A stretch of 64,000 nucleotides of DNA from Paramoeba atlantica (lineage: Eukaryota > Protista > Discosea), in contig CDRNVI010000139.1 in the NCBI GenBank assembly GCA_977017575.1, positions 1-64,000 on the forward strand, read 5' to 3'. Below, in pieces: positions 1 to 14,914 of this stretch (its first letter is position 1; each line of letters begins with the position of its first letter). The position numbers were made by a program, and so were the translations under genes. The notes under the pieces are model-generated. The model was not told where the DNA came from. It was given only the letters and a program-made list of their open reading frames with translations, and made no database searches.

Positions 1-796
1 GATCTTCTTCCTTTTTCTTCTTTTTCTTGGTTGGCAACTTACTGGTATCGATCTCTTCAATTTGGGCATTGAGACCATTTTGAAGACGAACCAAACGAAC
101 ATAGAGCCAAATGTGAAACGACTCGTTTGTATCTCGATCCAAAGCATCCACAAAATAGAGAAGACCGTTTCGAAGAACATGTCGATCGAAAGAGATACGT
201 TTTATTTTGTAGGCGTGGGATTGATGAACCAATCGTAGAGAAGTGGTAAGATATGTGCCAACTTCAACTCGCTCAGATAAGATTTTCAACCACTTTGGTT
301 GGATATCTCTTCTCCTCACTGAAGTCATGTTGTCTCGTAAAAGGGCTTTTTCACTTTGGTTGAATTTCAAAGGTTTAAAGGAGTATCCTGACTCCTTCAG
401 TTCTTGGTCAAGAATCGCCACCATTTCTCTACGTTCCTCTTTCTTTCCTTCTTCTTGTCTTGCAGGGGTGGTCGGGGATCTGTTCGGAGATGCGTTCGTG
501 AAACGACGATCCGGGCTGGCTGTCGGACTTGAACTTGGGGAATCTGCAGTGACACAAACCCAACGACGAGTTCTATTTTTTGGGCTGCTGGAATCAAGAG
601 TTCTCGCTAGAACACCTGTAGAATCAAACTCGAGGGAGGAGGAAGGACCAACAAGTCTGGGAGAAGTCTCTCTGCTGTTGCCGGAGACAGTCCCAAAAAA
701 ACGACTGAGAGAGCGTTTCGGGCTGACTGAATTTAATCTCCGTTCAGCTTCATCAGTGGATTCGGATCTGAGCATCGGAGGGTTTTGAGGATCCAT
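1..796 (-). CDS. Hypothetical protein, 3' end runs off the window (MDPQNPPMLRSES...; Ser/Pro-rich N-terminus, then a globular-looking domain)
   Basis: Manual translation: ATG at 796 and an open frame of 265 codons to position 1. Absent from the ORF track, presumably because it has no stop in the window; the 243..788 + ORF is its antisense shadow. Confidence 0.65.
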   Translation of the reverse strand, partial: MDPQNPPMLRSESTDEAERRLNSVSPKRSLSRFFGTVSGNSRETSPRLVGPSSSLEFDSTGVLARTLDSSSPKNRTRRWVCVTADSPSSSPTASPDRRFTNASPNRSPTTPARQEEGKKEERREMVAILDQELKESGYSFKPLKFNQSEKALLRDNMTSVRRRDIQPKWLKILSERVEVGTYLTTSLRLVHQSHAYKIKRISFDRHVLRNGLLYFVDALDRDTNESFHIWLYVRLVRLQNGLNAQIEEIDTSKLPTKKKKKKEED

Positions 797-1058
797 TGTT
801 TTTTGAAAAAAGAAAAGGTGTGTTTGCAGGGAAAGTGTTGCAAACCCCTCCTTTCCCAGACAGACGCTGCTGTTTTGGTTTTTTTTTTGGAATCGCCGAC
901 GAATGGTCCTATTTAAAATTTCAATTTATTAAGCCAATTATTTAGTTTTTCTAGCGCTCTTTTTTGTCATTTTTCGCTGAATTATTTCGTTTTTGGTGAA
1001 TTTTACAACTTCTTTTTTTTTTCGGAACTTTCGTTTTTTTGTTTTTGTTTTTTTTTGG

Positions 1059-1587
1059 ATGGCGGCTGATGGTGATTTTGGGTTCGATCTGGGTTCGCAG
1101 TTTTTGATCACAAATCCAAGGAATGGAAAAGTTTTGACTTGTGATGGTGAAAATGTTTGTGGGAAGTCCCAAGAAGAAGCTGTTTTGGAGAAACATCCCC
1201 TTTGTATGTGGCGTGTAGTGATGGGATCGGCGTGTGGAGGGGCGTTCAACTTCCAAAGCAACAGCACTGAAATGATTCCTTTCCTCCAAAACTGTCATTC
1301 TCAGAAGTTCCTGTCTTCAAATGATGGGGAACACCTTTCTCTTTCAAAAAATAGGGAGAATGTCGGTTCTTTTCGATGGTCATTAGTCCCTTGTCCACAC
1401 GAGAGTGGCTCTGGATCTTATTATCTTGTCAACGAACAACACCACACTTTCTTGGATCTGAATGGTTCTTCTGTTTCCCTTTGGAAGAATGGTTCTATTC
1501 AGGAAACAATCGAAAGGAATACTTCTCAATTTGCAGGCAATCTTCGATGGTCCCTTGTTGTTTCGCCACATCAACAACAGGAAGTCC

Positions 1588-1621
<34 letters not shown>

Positions 1622-2462
1622 GAACATTGAAATCCTCCATATTAGTGACACACACAATCTTCACTGGGCTATCGAAGAATCTTTTGGGCCAATGCCTGCA
1701 GCAGATTTACTTCTTCACACGGGTGACTTTACCAATACAGGATCCGAAGCAGAACTCAAAAGTTTCAATGATTGGTTGGGAACCATTCGTCATCGTTATA
1801 AAGCAATTGTGGTTATTCCAGGGAACCATGAATTTTCTGGTCCACTGCACAGTGCTCAGAATTATCCGCTCATAACATCTTCGTCCTACATGAAGGAGCG
1901 ACTCACCAATGCGACTCACGTTCTCACCAATGAGACTCTCGAAATCTTTGGACTTAAAATTTATGGACTTGGATGGAATGCTTGGGAGGTAGCTGGACAG
2001 CCTGATAGAATCTATGATGCGGTTTGGAAAGCATCTCATCGATACCAATCTGGGGGTCGGGGTGATGTTTACTCTGATTTACCTGATGGGATTGATATTC
2101 TGATGACTCATTGCCCTCCTTCTAAAATACTCGATTGCCTTGAGAATTCAAGATCTTCATGGGGAGCTTCTTCAAAATTAAAAGAAGCCATTCTTCGTAA
2201 AAAACCAAAAGTCCACCTCTTTGGTCATGTGCACGAGCAATGTGGTTATTTTCTCAAAACAAACAAAGGTTTCGTTGGGGGAGTTGAAGCTCGTTTGTCT
2301 TCTGGACAGATTTATAAGACTTTGAAGATTCCAGATGATTATCCTTGTCAATTGATCAGTAATAATGCCATGAAGGATTGGGGAGGGAATTTTCTTCAAG
2401 GTCCTCCTCGATTGATTCATGCTCGCCGTCGTGGAAATGGGAATTGGACTTTTGAGATCTGA
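1059..2462 (+). CDS. Intronless metallophosphoesterase (calcineurin-like, MPPED/239FB type) with an N-terminal beta-trefoil-like domain and polyQ linker
   Basis: Motifs ISDTH, HTGDFT, IPGNHE, LMTHCPP and FGHVHE. N-terminal repeats end in W-x-hydrophobic (CMWRVV, FRWSLV, LRWSLV). First true ATG at 1059. Confidence 0.85.
1587..1622 (+). repeat. (CAA)n polyglutamine tract
   Basis: 11 CAA plus CAG, between the N-terminal domain and the phosphoesterase domain. Confidence 0.95.
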
Positions 2463-2554
2463 TCATTCTTTGTATTCTGTGTAATATAAATTTTAAAAGA
2501 TATTTCATATTTTATTTTTATTCTTTTCAAATTTCATTTGGAGAGCTTGAATAT

Positions 2555-4238
2555 TTAGTATGTACAGTGTTTGAATTTTGTAAGGCACTCCTCGTACAGA
2601 ATTTCTTCTTCCTCTACTGGTTCTCTTGTAATCGTTGCATAGTAAGAAACTTTTTTCGATTCATGATGATGTTGAAACTGGGGACAACCTCTCCCACCAA
2701 TCTCGTAAACTTTTCGAACAGTTTCTCGAAGATTCTCCAAGTCCGCTCCAAAAGTGGCAAGATTCACAACATTCATCCGAATCTTTTGGATTGTTGAGTT
2801 GTTTTGAACAAAGCTCAGTTTTACAGGAATTGAGTTCGAGAGCATCTTTAACCCCTCAATGAGAATATTTCGACCCACAAAATTTAAGTTTTCATCAATC
2901 ACAATCACACGATTCCAATTCTCTGATACAATCGCCCCAAACAAAGCACAAAATGGCGCATTTTCCTGTTCGAACTGTTTCGGATTTAAGTCCAAATCCA
3001 CAACTAAATCATGGACTTTCAGAGAAGAATTGGAGGGTTTCATCCACTCAAAAAGAGGAGGGTCCACTTGTTTTTTTTTTTTCGAATGCTGAATTTGGTG
3101 GAGGGGTGGGGATTCAGGACACAACTCATACGGGGGAGATGGTGTGAGTGACAGTAAGTTAATATTCTCTTGAGTTGGTGAGTAAAACTCTTTCGAGGAT
3201 TCATTGAATACTGTTGATGCTGTTCGATATTGTCGAGGAGCTTTTTCAGCAACTGTTGTGAAATTCGAGAAGCATGGGAATCCTGGGGTGAATACAGTTT
3301 TTAGCGATGAGATCATTGGCAGTCCTGTGTTTAGGGTTGTGAAAGAAAGGACCAAATGTTGTGCACAAAACCAATAGATTAAATGGTCTCGGTATTTTTG
3401 GGCATGGGGGAAGAGAACTGGAGCAGGAAAGAAAACTTTTACGGCATACAACATATCGAATATTGGTCCGCTCTGTGGTAGGCGTGGAATTTGAACTGGT
3501 GAAATAACGACCACTTGTCTCCACCTACAAAATAGAGAAATTTGAATTCAAAAAAAAAAGGAAAGAAAAAAAGAAAGAAAAAAAAAAGAAAAAAAGGAAC
3601 CATCTCGAGAAAATGGGGGCTAAAAGGGCGGAAAATTGGACTTGAGGATAAGGATGTCTGAGGTATTTCAAGGTATCGCCATTTCGAATATGAATCAAAA
3701 GAGTATCTTCCATCCTGGGACATTGAATGTTTTCCAACTCCAAATAATCGCTCATGCAACTCCAAAACTCGTTCTCCATCAGTGGTGGGAATGGCTCTCT
3801 CTTTCCGATTGCAAAATGGCGAAAGGGAGAGAGTTGAAAGAAAGCTTTACAAGAATGTGATCGGGGTCGGCAATCTTGAAGGTTTGGTGAATTTTCATTT
3901 GAGAGAACTGATCCTCTTCTTTCGCGAAAGTCGAATTGCCAACTTGAAGGAGAAGAAGGAGAACTGAAAAGATCAAATTTTGGAAAAGAAAGAGTTTTTT
4001 GGCATCGATATGCTGTGTCCATTGCGTTTGCTGTACAGAAGATTCGATTTCCAAAATTCCCAAAATTGAATTTTGTTAAATGGATTGTTCCAATTTGTTC
4101 TTTTTCTTTTTCTTTTTGTTCTGTTTTTTCTGTTTCTGTTTCTTTTTGTTCTGTTTCTTTTGTTTTGTAGGGGCATTTTGTTGTGTGGGGGGTTGTGGGG
4201 GAGAGGGAGAGGATGAGAAGAAAGAAGAGGAGGAACAT
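2555..4238 (-). CDS. Secreted/Golgi glycosyltransferase-like protein (alpha-1,2-fucosyltransferase GT11/NodZ-like); exons 4238-3601 and 3524-2555
   Basis: Hydrophobic N-terminus, FGNFGNRIF (cf. GRLGNQMF) and LIHIRNGD (cf. VHVRRGD). A GT-AG intron at 3600-3525 joins two track ORFs in frame (SRW|WRQVVVI). Confidence 0.6.
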
Positions 4239-4512
4239 CCTTGGGAGAGAGAAAGAAGAGGAGAAGAGAGAGAGAGGAGAGAGGAAGAGAAGGAAAGGAG
4301 AGATTCCCTCCTTCCTTCACATCAGAAAACCGACAACAATCGAAAAAAGGAGAAAGAAAGAATACGGATAATTACCAATTTTGGTTTTTTTCCGAGCCTT
4401 TCTTTTTTGGTGAAAGCGCGAAAGAGAAAAAGAGAAAAGAAGAGAGAAAGAAAGAAAAGAAAGAAAAAGAGAAGAGAAGAAAAGGGAAGAAAAAAGATCA
4501 AAGAAGGAGAAG

Positions 4513-8455
<3,943 letters not shown>

Positions 8456-8823
8456 AATGGAAGAGAAGAGAAGAGAAGAGAAAAAAGATCTTCTTTTTTT
8501 TGAAATCAAAGAAAAAGAGAGAATCAAGGTCCTCCAAAGGTGATGACGAGGGTTTTTTGTGAAGAATGTTTTCAATCTCCCTCGTGCACGATTGGGAGAA
8601 TTGATTCATCTTCAATAATCTTTGGTTTGATTGGTTTGGATGACCGGTTCCAATCCAGAACATGAAAAAGTCTTTATGTGATGGGAAAAAACGAACAAAA
8701 CCAAAACAGACCAATAAAACCAAGAATTTTTTTGAAATTTCTCTGTGGACCTTTCCTTTGTTTGAGAAAAAAAAACAAGAAAGAAAAAAGAAAAAAGAAA
8801 TTACAAAAAAAAAAGAAACGAAA

Positions 8824-8896
8824 AGGCTCCAATGGGAATCGAACCCATGACCTCCACCTTACTAGGGTGGCGCTCTGCCAGCTAAGCTATGGAGCC
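8824..8896 (-). tRNA. trnT: tRNA-Thr(AGT), copy 1
   Basis: GGCTCCA...TGGAGCC acceptor stem, CCACC-CTAGTAA-GGTGG anticodon arm, GTTCGATTC T-loop, oligo-T directly downstream. Confidence 0.95.
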
Positions 8897-9378
8897 ACTT
8901 GTTATTCTAAGCTCCTTTTTTCGGTTCTTAACTGAAATTTCGGAACTCCTCCGACATTGAATTGCACCAACAATTTCTCACAAAGAACTGTAAAAAGATC
9001 AAATATAATGACAGTTGGAGTCTTGGGGTCGCTATCTGAAATTGGGATCTCGATCCGAAACGATGTTCATCGCTGTTTTTGGTTGACCAAAAAAAAATTG
9101 CATTCAACAAATCTGAGCCTCCCTGAACTTGTCTTGTTTTTTTTGCAGGAAGACGGATTGGTTCAAGCTGTCTTCTTGAAAAAAAATTGTCTCTAAAACT
9201 GTTTTTTGCACATTTCGAATCACTTTTTGATTGGAATCCACTCAACAGATTGCAACAAAAACCCAAACTATCAAAAAAAACAAAAAAGAATTGGTAATTC
9301 AAAACGAAAATGTTTGGAGCTGAAAAAAAAAAAAAAATAAAAATTCCCCTCTATGCAAGCAAAAAAAAATAAGACAAC

Positions 9379-9451
9379 AGGCTCCAATGGGAATCGAACC
9401 CATGACCTCCACCTTACTAGGGTGGCGCTCTGCCAGCTAAGCTATGGAGCC
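9379..9451 (-). tRNA. trnT: tRNA-Thr(AGT), copy 2 (identical)
   Basis: Identical to copy 1; T-run terminator about 10 nt downstream. Confidence 0.95.
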
Positions 9452-9634
9452 ACTTGTTGGTTTGTTCATCTTTTTTTAGGTTTTTATTCAAAAATTGGAT
9501 AGGTTTTGGTGATTTTTTCGTTTTGTTTTTTGCTTTCTGCTCCGGTTTCCTGATGCTCAGAAAACCTTGAAAGGTTGGTGGTGTTGTTTTGATTGGAAAT
9601 GGGAAATCGAGGTTCAAAAAAAAAAGAGGAATCA

Positions 9635-10478
9635 ATGATCAAGATTGTTGTGCTTGGTGATGGTGCTGTTGGTCTCTTTCTTCTTTATTGTCATTTCCTT
9701 TTTCCTTTTGTTGAATGATTCTCCTTCAGGAAAGACTTGTCTGTCTCGGCGTTGTTGCGGTCACGAGTTTCCCTCAGATTGGGTTCCAACTGTTCATGGT
9801 TTTTTTTTTCTTTTTCTTTTGAGTGATTCATCATCTCAACACAAAATCTTTAGAAGTCACTGAGATCAAAGATCGAGATTATGGTCCATTTTCACTTTTC
9901 GATACAGGTGGAGGAGAAGGATATACAAGGTATTTCTCTCTCTCTCTTTTTTTAGTTTTCCACCAACATTTTGAAACAGAATCAGGAGATTTTCGTATCC
10001 GAAAACAGATTGCTTTTTACTTTGTTTTTCTGTTGAAAATATAATCACTTTTTATAATCTTGAAGATTTTTGGATTCCTGAGGTTTCGTTTTTTTTATGT
10101 TTTTGGTTTATTTGAAGTGTCATAATAAGATCAATTTGGTCAAAAAAAAATAAGGTTCGAAAGTCTGGCCCAAAGAAGGCAAGAGCAATCTTGGTGGGAC
10201 TAAAAACTGACCTTCGTGAGGACAAAGAACTCTTGAAAGATTTAGGTTTTTCCCTTCTTTTCGATCAAAAATAGAAAAATTAATTGTACTTTTGATTCAA
10301 AAGAAAAAATTGGACGATCATTTGTTTCCCTTGAAACTGCACAAAAGCTTGGTATGAAGTACCAACTTCCTGTTTGGAGTGTTCTTCTTTAACAGGAGAA
10401 GGAGTTGAAGATATCTTTAGAGCTGCAACATTGGCACCACCAGCACTCAATATGGGACCAAAACATGCTCTTTCTTGA
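9635..10478 (+). pseudogene. Divergent Rho/Rac-family GTPase with a 1-nt frameshift in the last exon (pseudogene or assembly error)
   Basis: KIVVLGDGAVG|KT, WVPTV, FDTGGGEGY, FSYPKTDCFLLCFSV, WIPE, ILVGLKTDLRED, then ECSSLTGEGVEDIF in a shifted frame after cctgtttggag (~10372). No canonical CaaX box. Confidence 0.7.
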
Positions 10479-10700
10479 GCTTTCTTTTCCATTCAGACGA
10501 AAGATGGATTCCAGATGGATTTGACCAGACTTAGAATATCAAGGTGAAAGAAGAATTGAACCAAAACAAACCATCACCTCAGAGAAGGATTGTTCCTTAA
10601 ACGAAACTTTTCAAATCAGCCACCACCTTCCACCAACCTAACAGATCCAATAAATTATAATTTCGACTCGAAATGAATGATTTCCCTCTTGTTCCAACAG

Positions 10701-10740
10701 TTCAGGAGCTCAGGAGCTCAGGATCTCTGGAGCTCAGTAG
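10701..10740. promoter_or_regulatory. Tandem (C/T)TCAGGAG/A motif cluster upstream of the TRIM-NHL-like gene
   Basis: tcaggagctcaggagctcaggatctctggagctcag, about 85-125 bp before the ATG. Similar clusters lie at about 14221-14280, 21020-21058 and 22470-22510 upstream of the Sar1 copies. Function is inferred. Confidence 0.35.
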
Positions 10741-10824
10741 TGGCTCGTTCTTTTTTTCACCGTTTTTGTTGGTTTGGTTCTTTGGGGAGATCTTTTTCTT
10801 TTTCTTTTCGCTCTCTGAATAAGA

Positions 10825-12866
10825 ATGAGTGGAGAAAAGAGAAAGAGAGATGTGGAAAGGGGTGAGATTGAGGAAAAAAGAGAAACAAAAAGAGGAAAAA
10901 TTGATGATAAAGACGAAAATCACGAAAGAAAAGACAGAAAGAGAGAAGAGGAAAGAGAAGAAGTTGAAGAAAGTGGAAGAAGAGAAAAAGAGAAGAAAAG
11001 GTTTGAATGTGGAATATGTTTGGAATTGATGTGTTGGGAAAAAGAACCACGGCTGTTCCCTTGTTGTGGGAGTTCGTTTTGTTCGTCCTGTCTCAACAAA
11101 CTCTTTCTGCTTCCAACGACCCCATCTCCTTCCTCTTCTTCCTCAACTTCTCCAACAAAGAAAGGAGTGAGATGTCCTGTTTGTGGAAAAGAAAACGAAT
11201 TTGAATCAGTTGAGTCACTTGAGATGAATTATTTGATTCCTGAAACGATTGATGTTCTTCTTTCTTCAAATCTTTTGTATTCTTTCTCGAGTAACTCAGG
11301 TTCTTTTGTTTTCTTTTCTCTCTCTCCCTCTCTCTTGTTCCTTTTCTTTTTCCCTTTCTTTTTCCCCTTTTCTTTTTCCCATTCTAATTTCAAAACATTC
11401 TCACAGAAGGAGACGAAGCGAAATGTGAGAATTTCGAAACTTGTGGAGAACGAACACAAATGTTCTGTCCTATTTGCAAGATGTTCATTTGCGACACTTG
11501 TGAGCCGTCTCACATTTCATCTATTTTCTCTCGAAATCATAAACGTGAACAACGCAACAGTTGGAGTGATGGTGGTGAGGGTGGAAGGTTGGGATTGGAG
11601 AATGTGAAAAAGAAGAAAGAATGTTTCAAACATCCCTCTGAATTTATCAGTGGTTATTGTTTTGGATGTTCTGTTCTTGTTTGTAATCTTTGTGGTCATG
11701 ATACTCAGAAAGTGATGTCGATTGAAGAGAGTGCTGTAAAGAAAAGAGAGGAAGTTGTTAAGATTGGGATTGGGTTAGATAATAGATCGAAAGTTATTGA
11801 AGATCGAAGGAAGAGAGTTGAAGAAGAAATTAAAGAGTTGGAAGAAAAATTAGAAAAGAAGAGAGCTGAAAAGAAAGAAATTGTATTAGAGGAAGAAGAT
11901 TTGAGAATAAGACAAGATTCTATTGTTCGATTGTCCAACACACTTTCAGACATTTCTCTTTTTGATGATCAACTTTTTTCGACTCTTCTTCAAACTGCCA
12001 AGGAGATTGTTTCAGAAGTTGGACTCTTGTTGCCACCAAAATCGATTTGCTCTGATGGAGTCCATTTTGTTTCGAAATTTCGTTTTGAGAAAGGTGTTTG
12101 GGGTCTGAGTGTGAACGGCGATGGGAACATTTTTGTCAGCCAAGATAATGGTGGGGGAGTAATCGTGGTTGACAAAGAAGGAAAGACTATTGAGCCTCTT
12201 CAAACAACACTCACTTCTCTGAAGTTAGAACCTATTGATGTTGCAATTGGATTGAATGATCAAATTATTGTTCTTCATTGGGCTCAATGTGAATATCGAG
12301 TCGTAATATTGAGCAAAGAAGGAGAATTGATCAAATCTATTGGATCGAATGGTTCTCAAGATGGTCAATTTTTTGGACCGTATGGCGTTGAGGTGGATGA
12401 AAAAGGTCGGATTATTGTTGCTGACACCTTCAATCACCGAATTCAAGTGTTTAATAATGACGGGTCGTTTCTTCGTTCTTTTGGCTCAAAAGGTTCTTCT
12501 GAAGGTCAATTTGACCAGCCTTATAGTGTTGCAGTTGATAGAGATGGAAATGTTGTTGTTTGTGATTGGGGAAATCATCGGATTCAGGTGCTTGATATTG
12601 AAGGAAATTTTATTCGAAGCTTTGGAATACATGGTTCAGAAGATGGTCAATTAAATTGTCCAAGAAGTGTTGGTGTAGATGGGAAAGGTCGAATTGTTGT
12701 TCTTGAAGAAGGAAATGGGAGAGTGAGTGTGTTTGAGAAAGATGGAACGTTTCTTTTTTCGTTTGGGAAAGATTACATGGAGAAACCTTGGGGAATTGCT
12801 GTTGATTCGTTCGGCTCAATTTTTGTTTCAGATTATGATCAGAAGTCAGTTCAATTGTGGGAGTAA
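10825..12866 (+). CDS. RING - B-box - B-box - coiled coil - NHL repeat protein (TRIM-NHL-like E3 ligase); one intron 11300-11406
   Basis: CGIC...PCCGSSFCSSC...CPVC (RING), FCPICKMFICDTCEPSH and CFKH...YCFGCSVLVCNLCGH (B-boxes), E/K-rich coil, repeated F..P.GVAVD..G.IIV.D..NHRIQVF (NHL). Confidence 0.9.
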
Positions 12867-13099
12867 AAACTCAACAAGACAAAAGGAGGCGTCTGATTGG
12901 TTGGGTTTGTTTCTTGCTTTTTTCAATCTGAGATTTTAAGAACTTAATCTCTCTCTCAAAGTAGGGGGAATTCCTCTTTTTCCATTTGTTGAAGAACCAA
13001 TCCGAGAACGTAGATCCGAGAATGCTCTCCTTTTCCTTGTCAAGAAAGACAATTTGAAGAGGTACACAAGAAGGAAAAAGAAAGTCCAACCGAGTTTTT

Positions 13100-14144
13100 T
13101 CAAACTTCTAAACCAAGAAAAGAGTATCTACATTTCTCCATTCTTTCCCCCAACCACTCAAACCCTTGACGATGCCCTGCCAAGAAAGAAGAAAAGGATA
13201 AGGAGGAGGAGAGGAGTTGAAGGAAAAGGAAAGAAAGAGGAACCCACACGGTGAACAAAAGAACACATGAAAACTTCAATTTGTCTTTCGTCTGTTGGAC
13301 AATACTTTCCCTATTTTCTTCTTTTCAATTCTTTGTTCTCTTCAAATTTCTCTTTTTTTTCTTTCTTTCTTTCAACCTTACCAGTTAGATTATGAAGATC
13401 CAAATGAAAACAAAGTTCTTCTTCACTTGCAGCCTGATTGAAAACAATTAGATTGGTAAATCAAGAGAAAGAATCAAACTTGAAAGATACTTTAGATAAC
13501 TCGATTTTGGTTCCAAGAATAAGAAAGGGAACATTTTCAAGTTCAGGGGTCGACAAAAGGGATTTTAATTCCTGAACTTGCTTTTTAGTTTTCTTTTTAA
13601 GAATAGATTGAACAAAGAAAAGAGGGAAAAATTGAAAGAAACCTCTTTTGCTTCTTCAAAACGGTCAGGATCAGAAGCATCAACTACATAACAAACAGCA
13701 TCAACACCCACAAAGTAGTCAGGCCAAACTCTTCTTGCTGAGAGAACGAAAGGGTTATTGATCAAAAAAAAGAATAGAGAAACGAAAGATAATAAACCGA
13801 CTTCATGGCCACCAAGATCATAAAACGAATAACAAATGGAACCAACTTGAACCTCCCTCGCTGGTGATTCAAGAATTTCATCAAAAATGATAAAAAAAAA
13901 AGAAAAGAAAACACTAACGTGGCTTACTTGAATAATGACATGCACTAATTCGATTATGATACATGAGATAAGTCAATGTTGTTTTTCCAGCATTGTCCAA
14001 TCCCAATATCAAGAGCCGAGCTTTTTTCGAAACTAACCCTTCCGAAAGTTCTCATTCATCCCAAAAAAGCAAAAATTGAACTCATTGAAAAAACAAACCC
14101 AAAGAAGAGAGACTATTGCAGAACCAACCAGTCCAACTGGACAT
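13100..14144 (-). CDS. SAR1: Divergent Sar1-family small GTPase, copy A (appears intact, 8 exons)
   Basis: MSSWTGWFCNSLSSLG|...LILGLDNAGKTT, YDLGGHEV|ARRVWPDYF, VVDASD, VPFLILGTKIE, AASEEEL, IEVFMCSF, GFEWL; TGA at 13100-13102. Confidence 0.8.
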
Positions 14145-14399
14145 ATTCTTTTTTCTGTTTGAGAGGAGAAGGAAAGAAACAGAGACCTCACCTCCAACAC
14201 GTTTTGCCAGAAATAGGTTAACTCAGGAACTCAGGAATCAGGAGTTCAGAAACTCAGGGAGCGAAACTCATTTGAGCTTCGTGACGGGAGTGGGATCAAT
14301 CCAAAAATCTGAAAGAAAAATGAAAGCCGCCGAGAGGACAAACTGGGTGGTTCAAAAAAGAAACTGGTGAGAAGAAACGATGTTCGAAAAAAAAAACGA

Positions 14400-14905
14400 G
14401 GGGTCCAGACAAAACTCTTGCGAGTATCATCCTTTCCCCCCAGAATTAAGACTGAAGGATATTAATCTCTCTCAAGTCGGGCTTGATAGACCATTTTTTT
14501 TTTGTTGTCTTAAGTTAGCTGTGGGATCAAAACGATTTTCTTGCGTCCGGTTTTTCTTCTTTGGGTTTTGACCAAAGAAACGAATCAGAGCAGATTGAAG
14601 AGTGACAAGAAATCAATCAATGAGTTTTATTGAGGTTTATTGATCCTCAAATTTTTGGGGTGAAATATTGGATGGAAGATTTTGGATTCTTTCTGGTTTT
14701 TTCCCATTTTTGACCCCCTGAGCCAACAGTGTTTGGATTGAATTCAAAAATCCTTCAGTCCTTTCTTGGTGACTTGAAGATTTGTCAATCATTGGAAATC
14801 CCTTCTCAATGGAAATATCTGGTGCCTCAGTAATCCTCGGAAGTCACAAAACCAGAGGTAAAACTCCCTCGATCTCCCTCCAGATCAAGAGAACTAAAGA
14901 ACAAA
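14400..14905 (-). repeat. Block U: ~500 bp unit co-duplicated with the Sar1 copies (also ~16765-17262, ~19338-19850, partial ~21060-21325, ~22680-23015); decayed ORF of unknown identity
   Basis: Near-identical sequence (gggtccagacaaaactcttgcgagtatcatcc...) recurs. Remnant frames read ...SLDLEGNRGSFTSGFPRITE...RTEGFLNSIQ... and ...LERD(S/*)YPS..ILGGKDDTRKSFVWTP, with stops and indels. Confidence 0.8.
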
Positions 14906-14914
14906 AGGGTATCG

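Noticed and set aside
243-788. 181-aa + strand ORF
   Set aside because: Antisense shadow of the longer minus-strand frame starting at ATG 796; it has a non-ATG start.
9570-10640. Short inverted match (aggttggtgg / ccaccaacct) flanking the Rho gene as TIRs
   Set aside because: Only about 10 bp, with no target-site duplication; compatible with chance.
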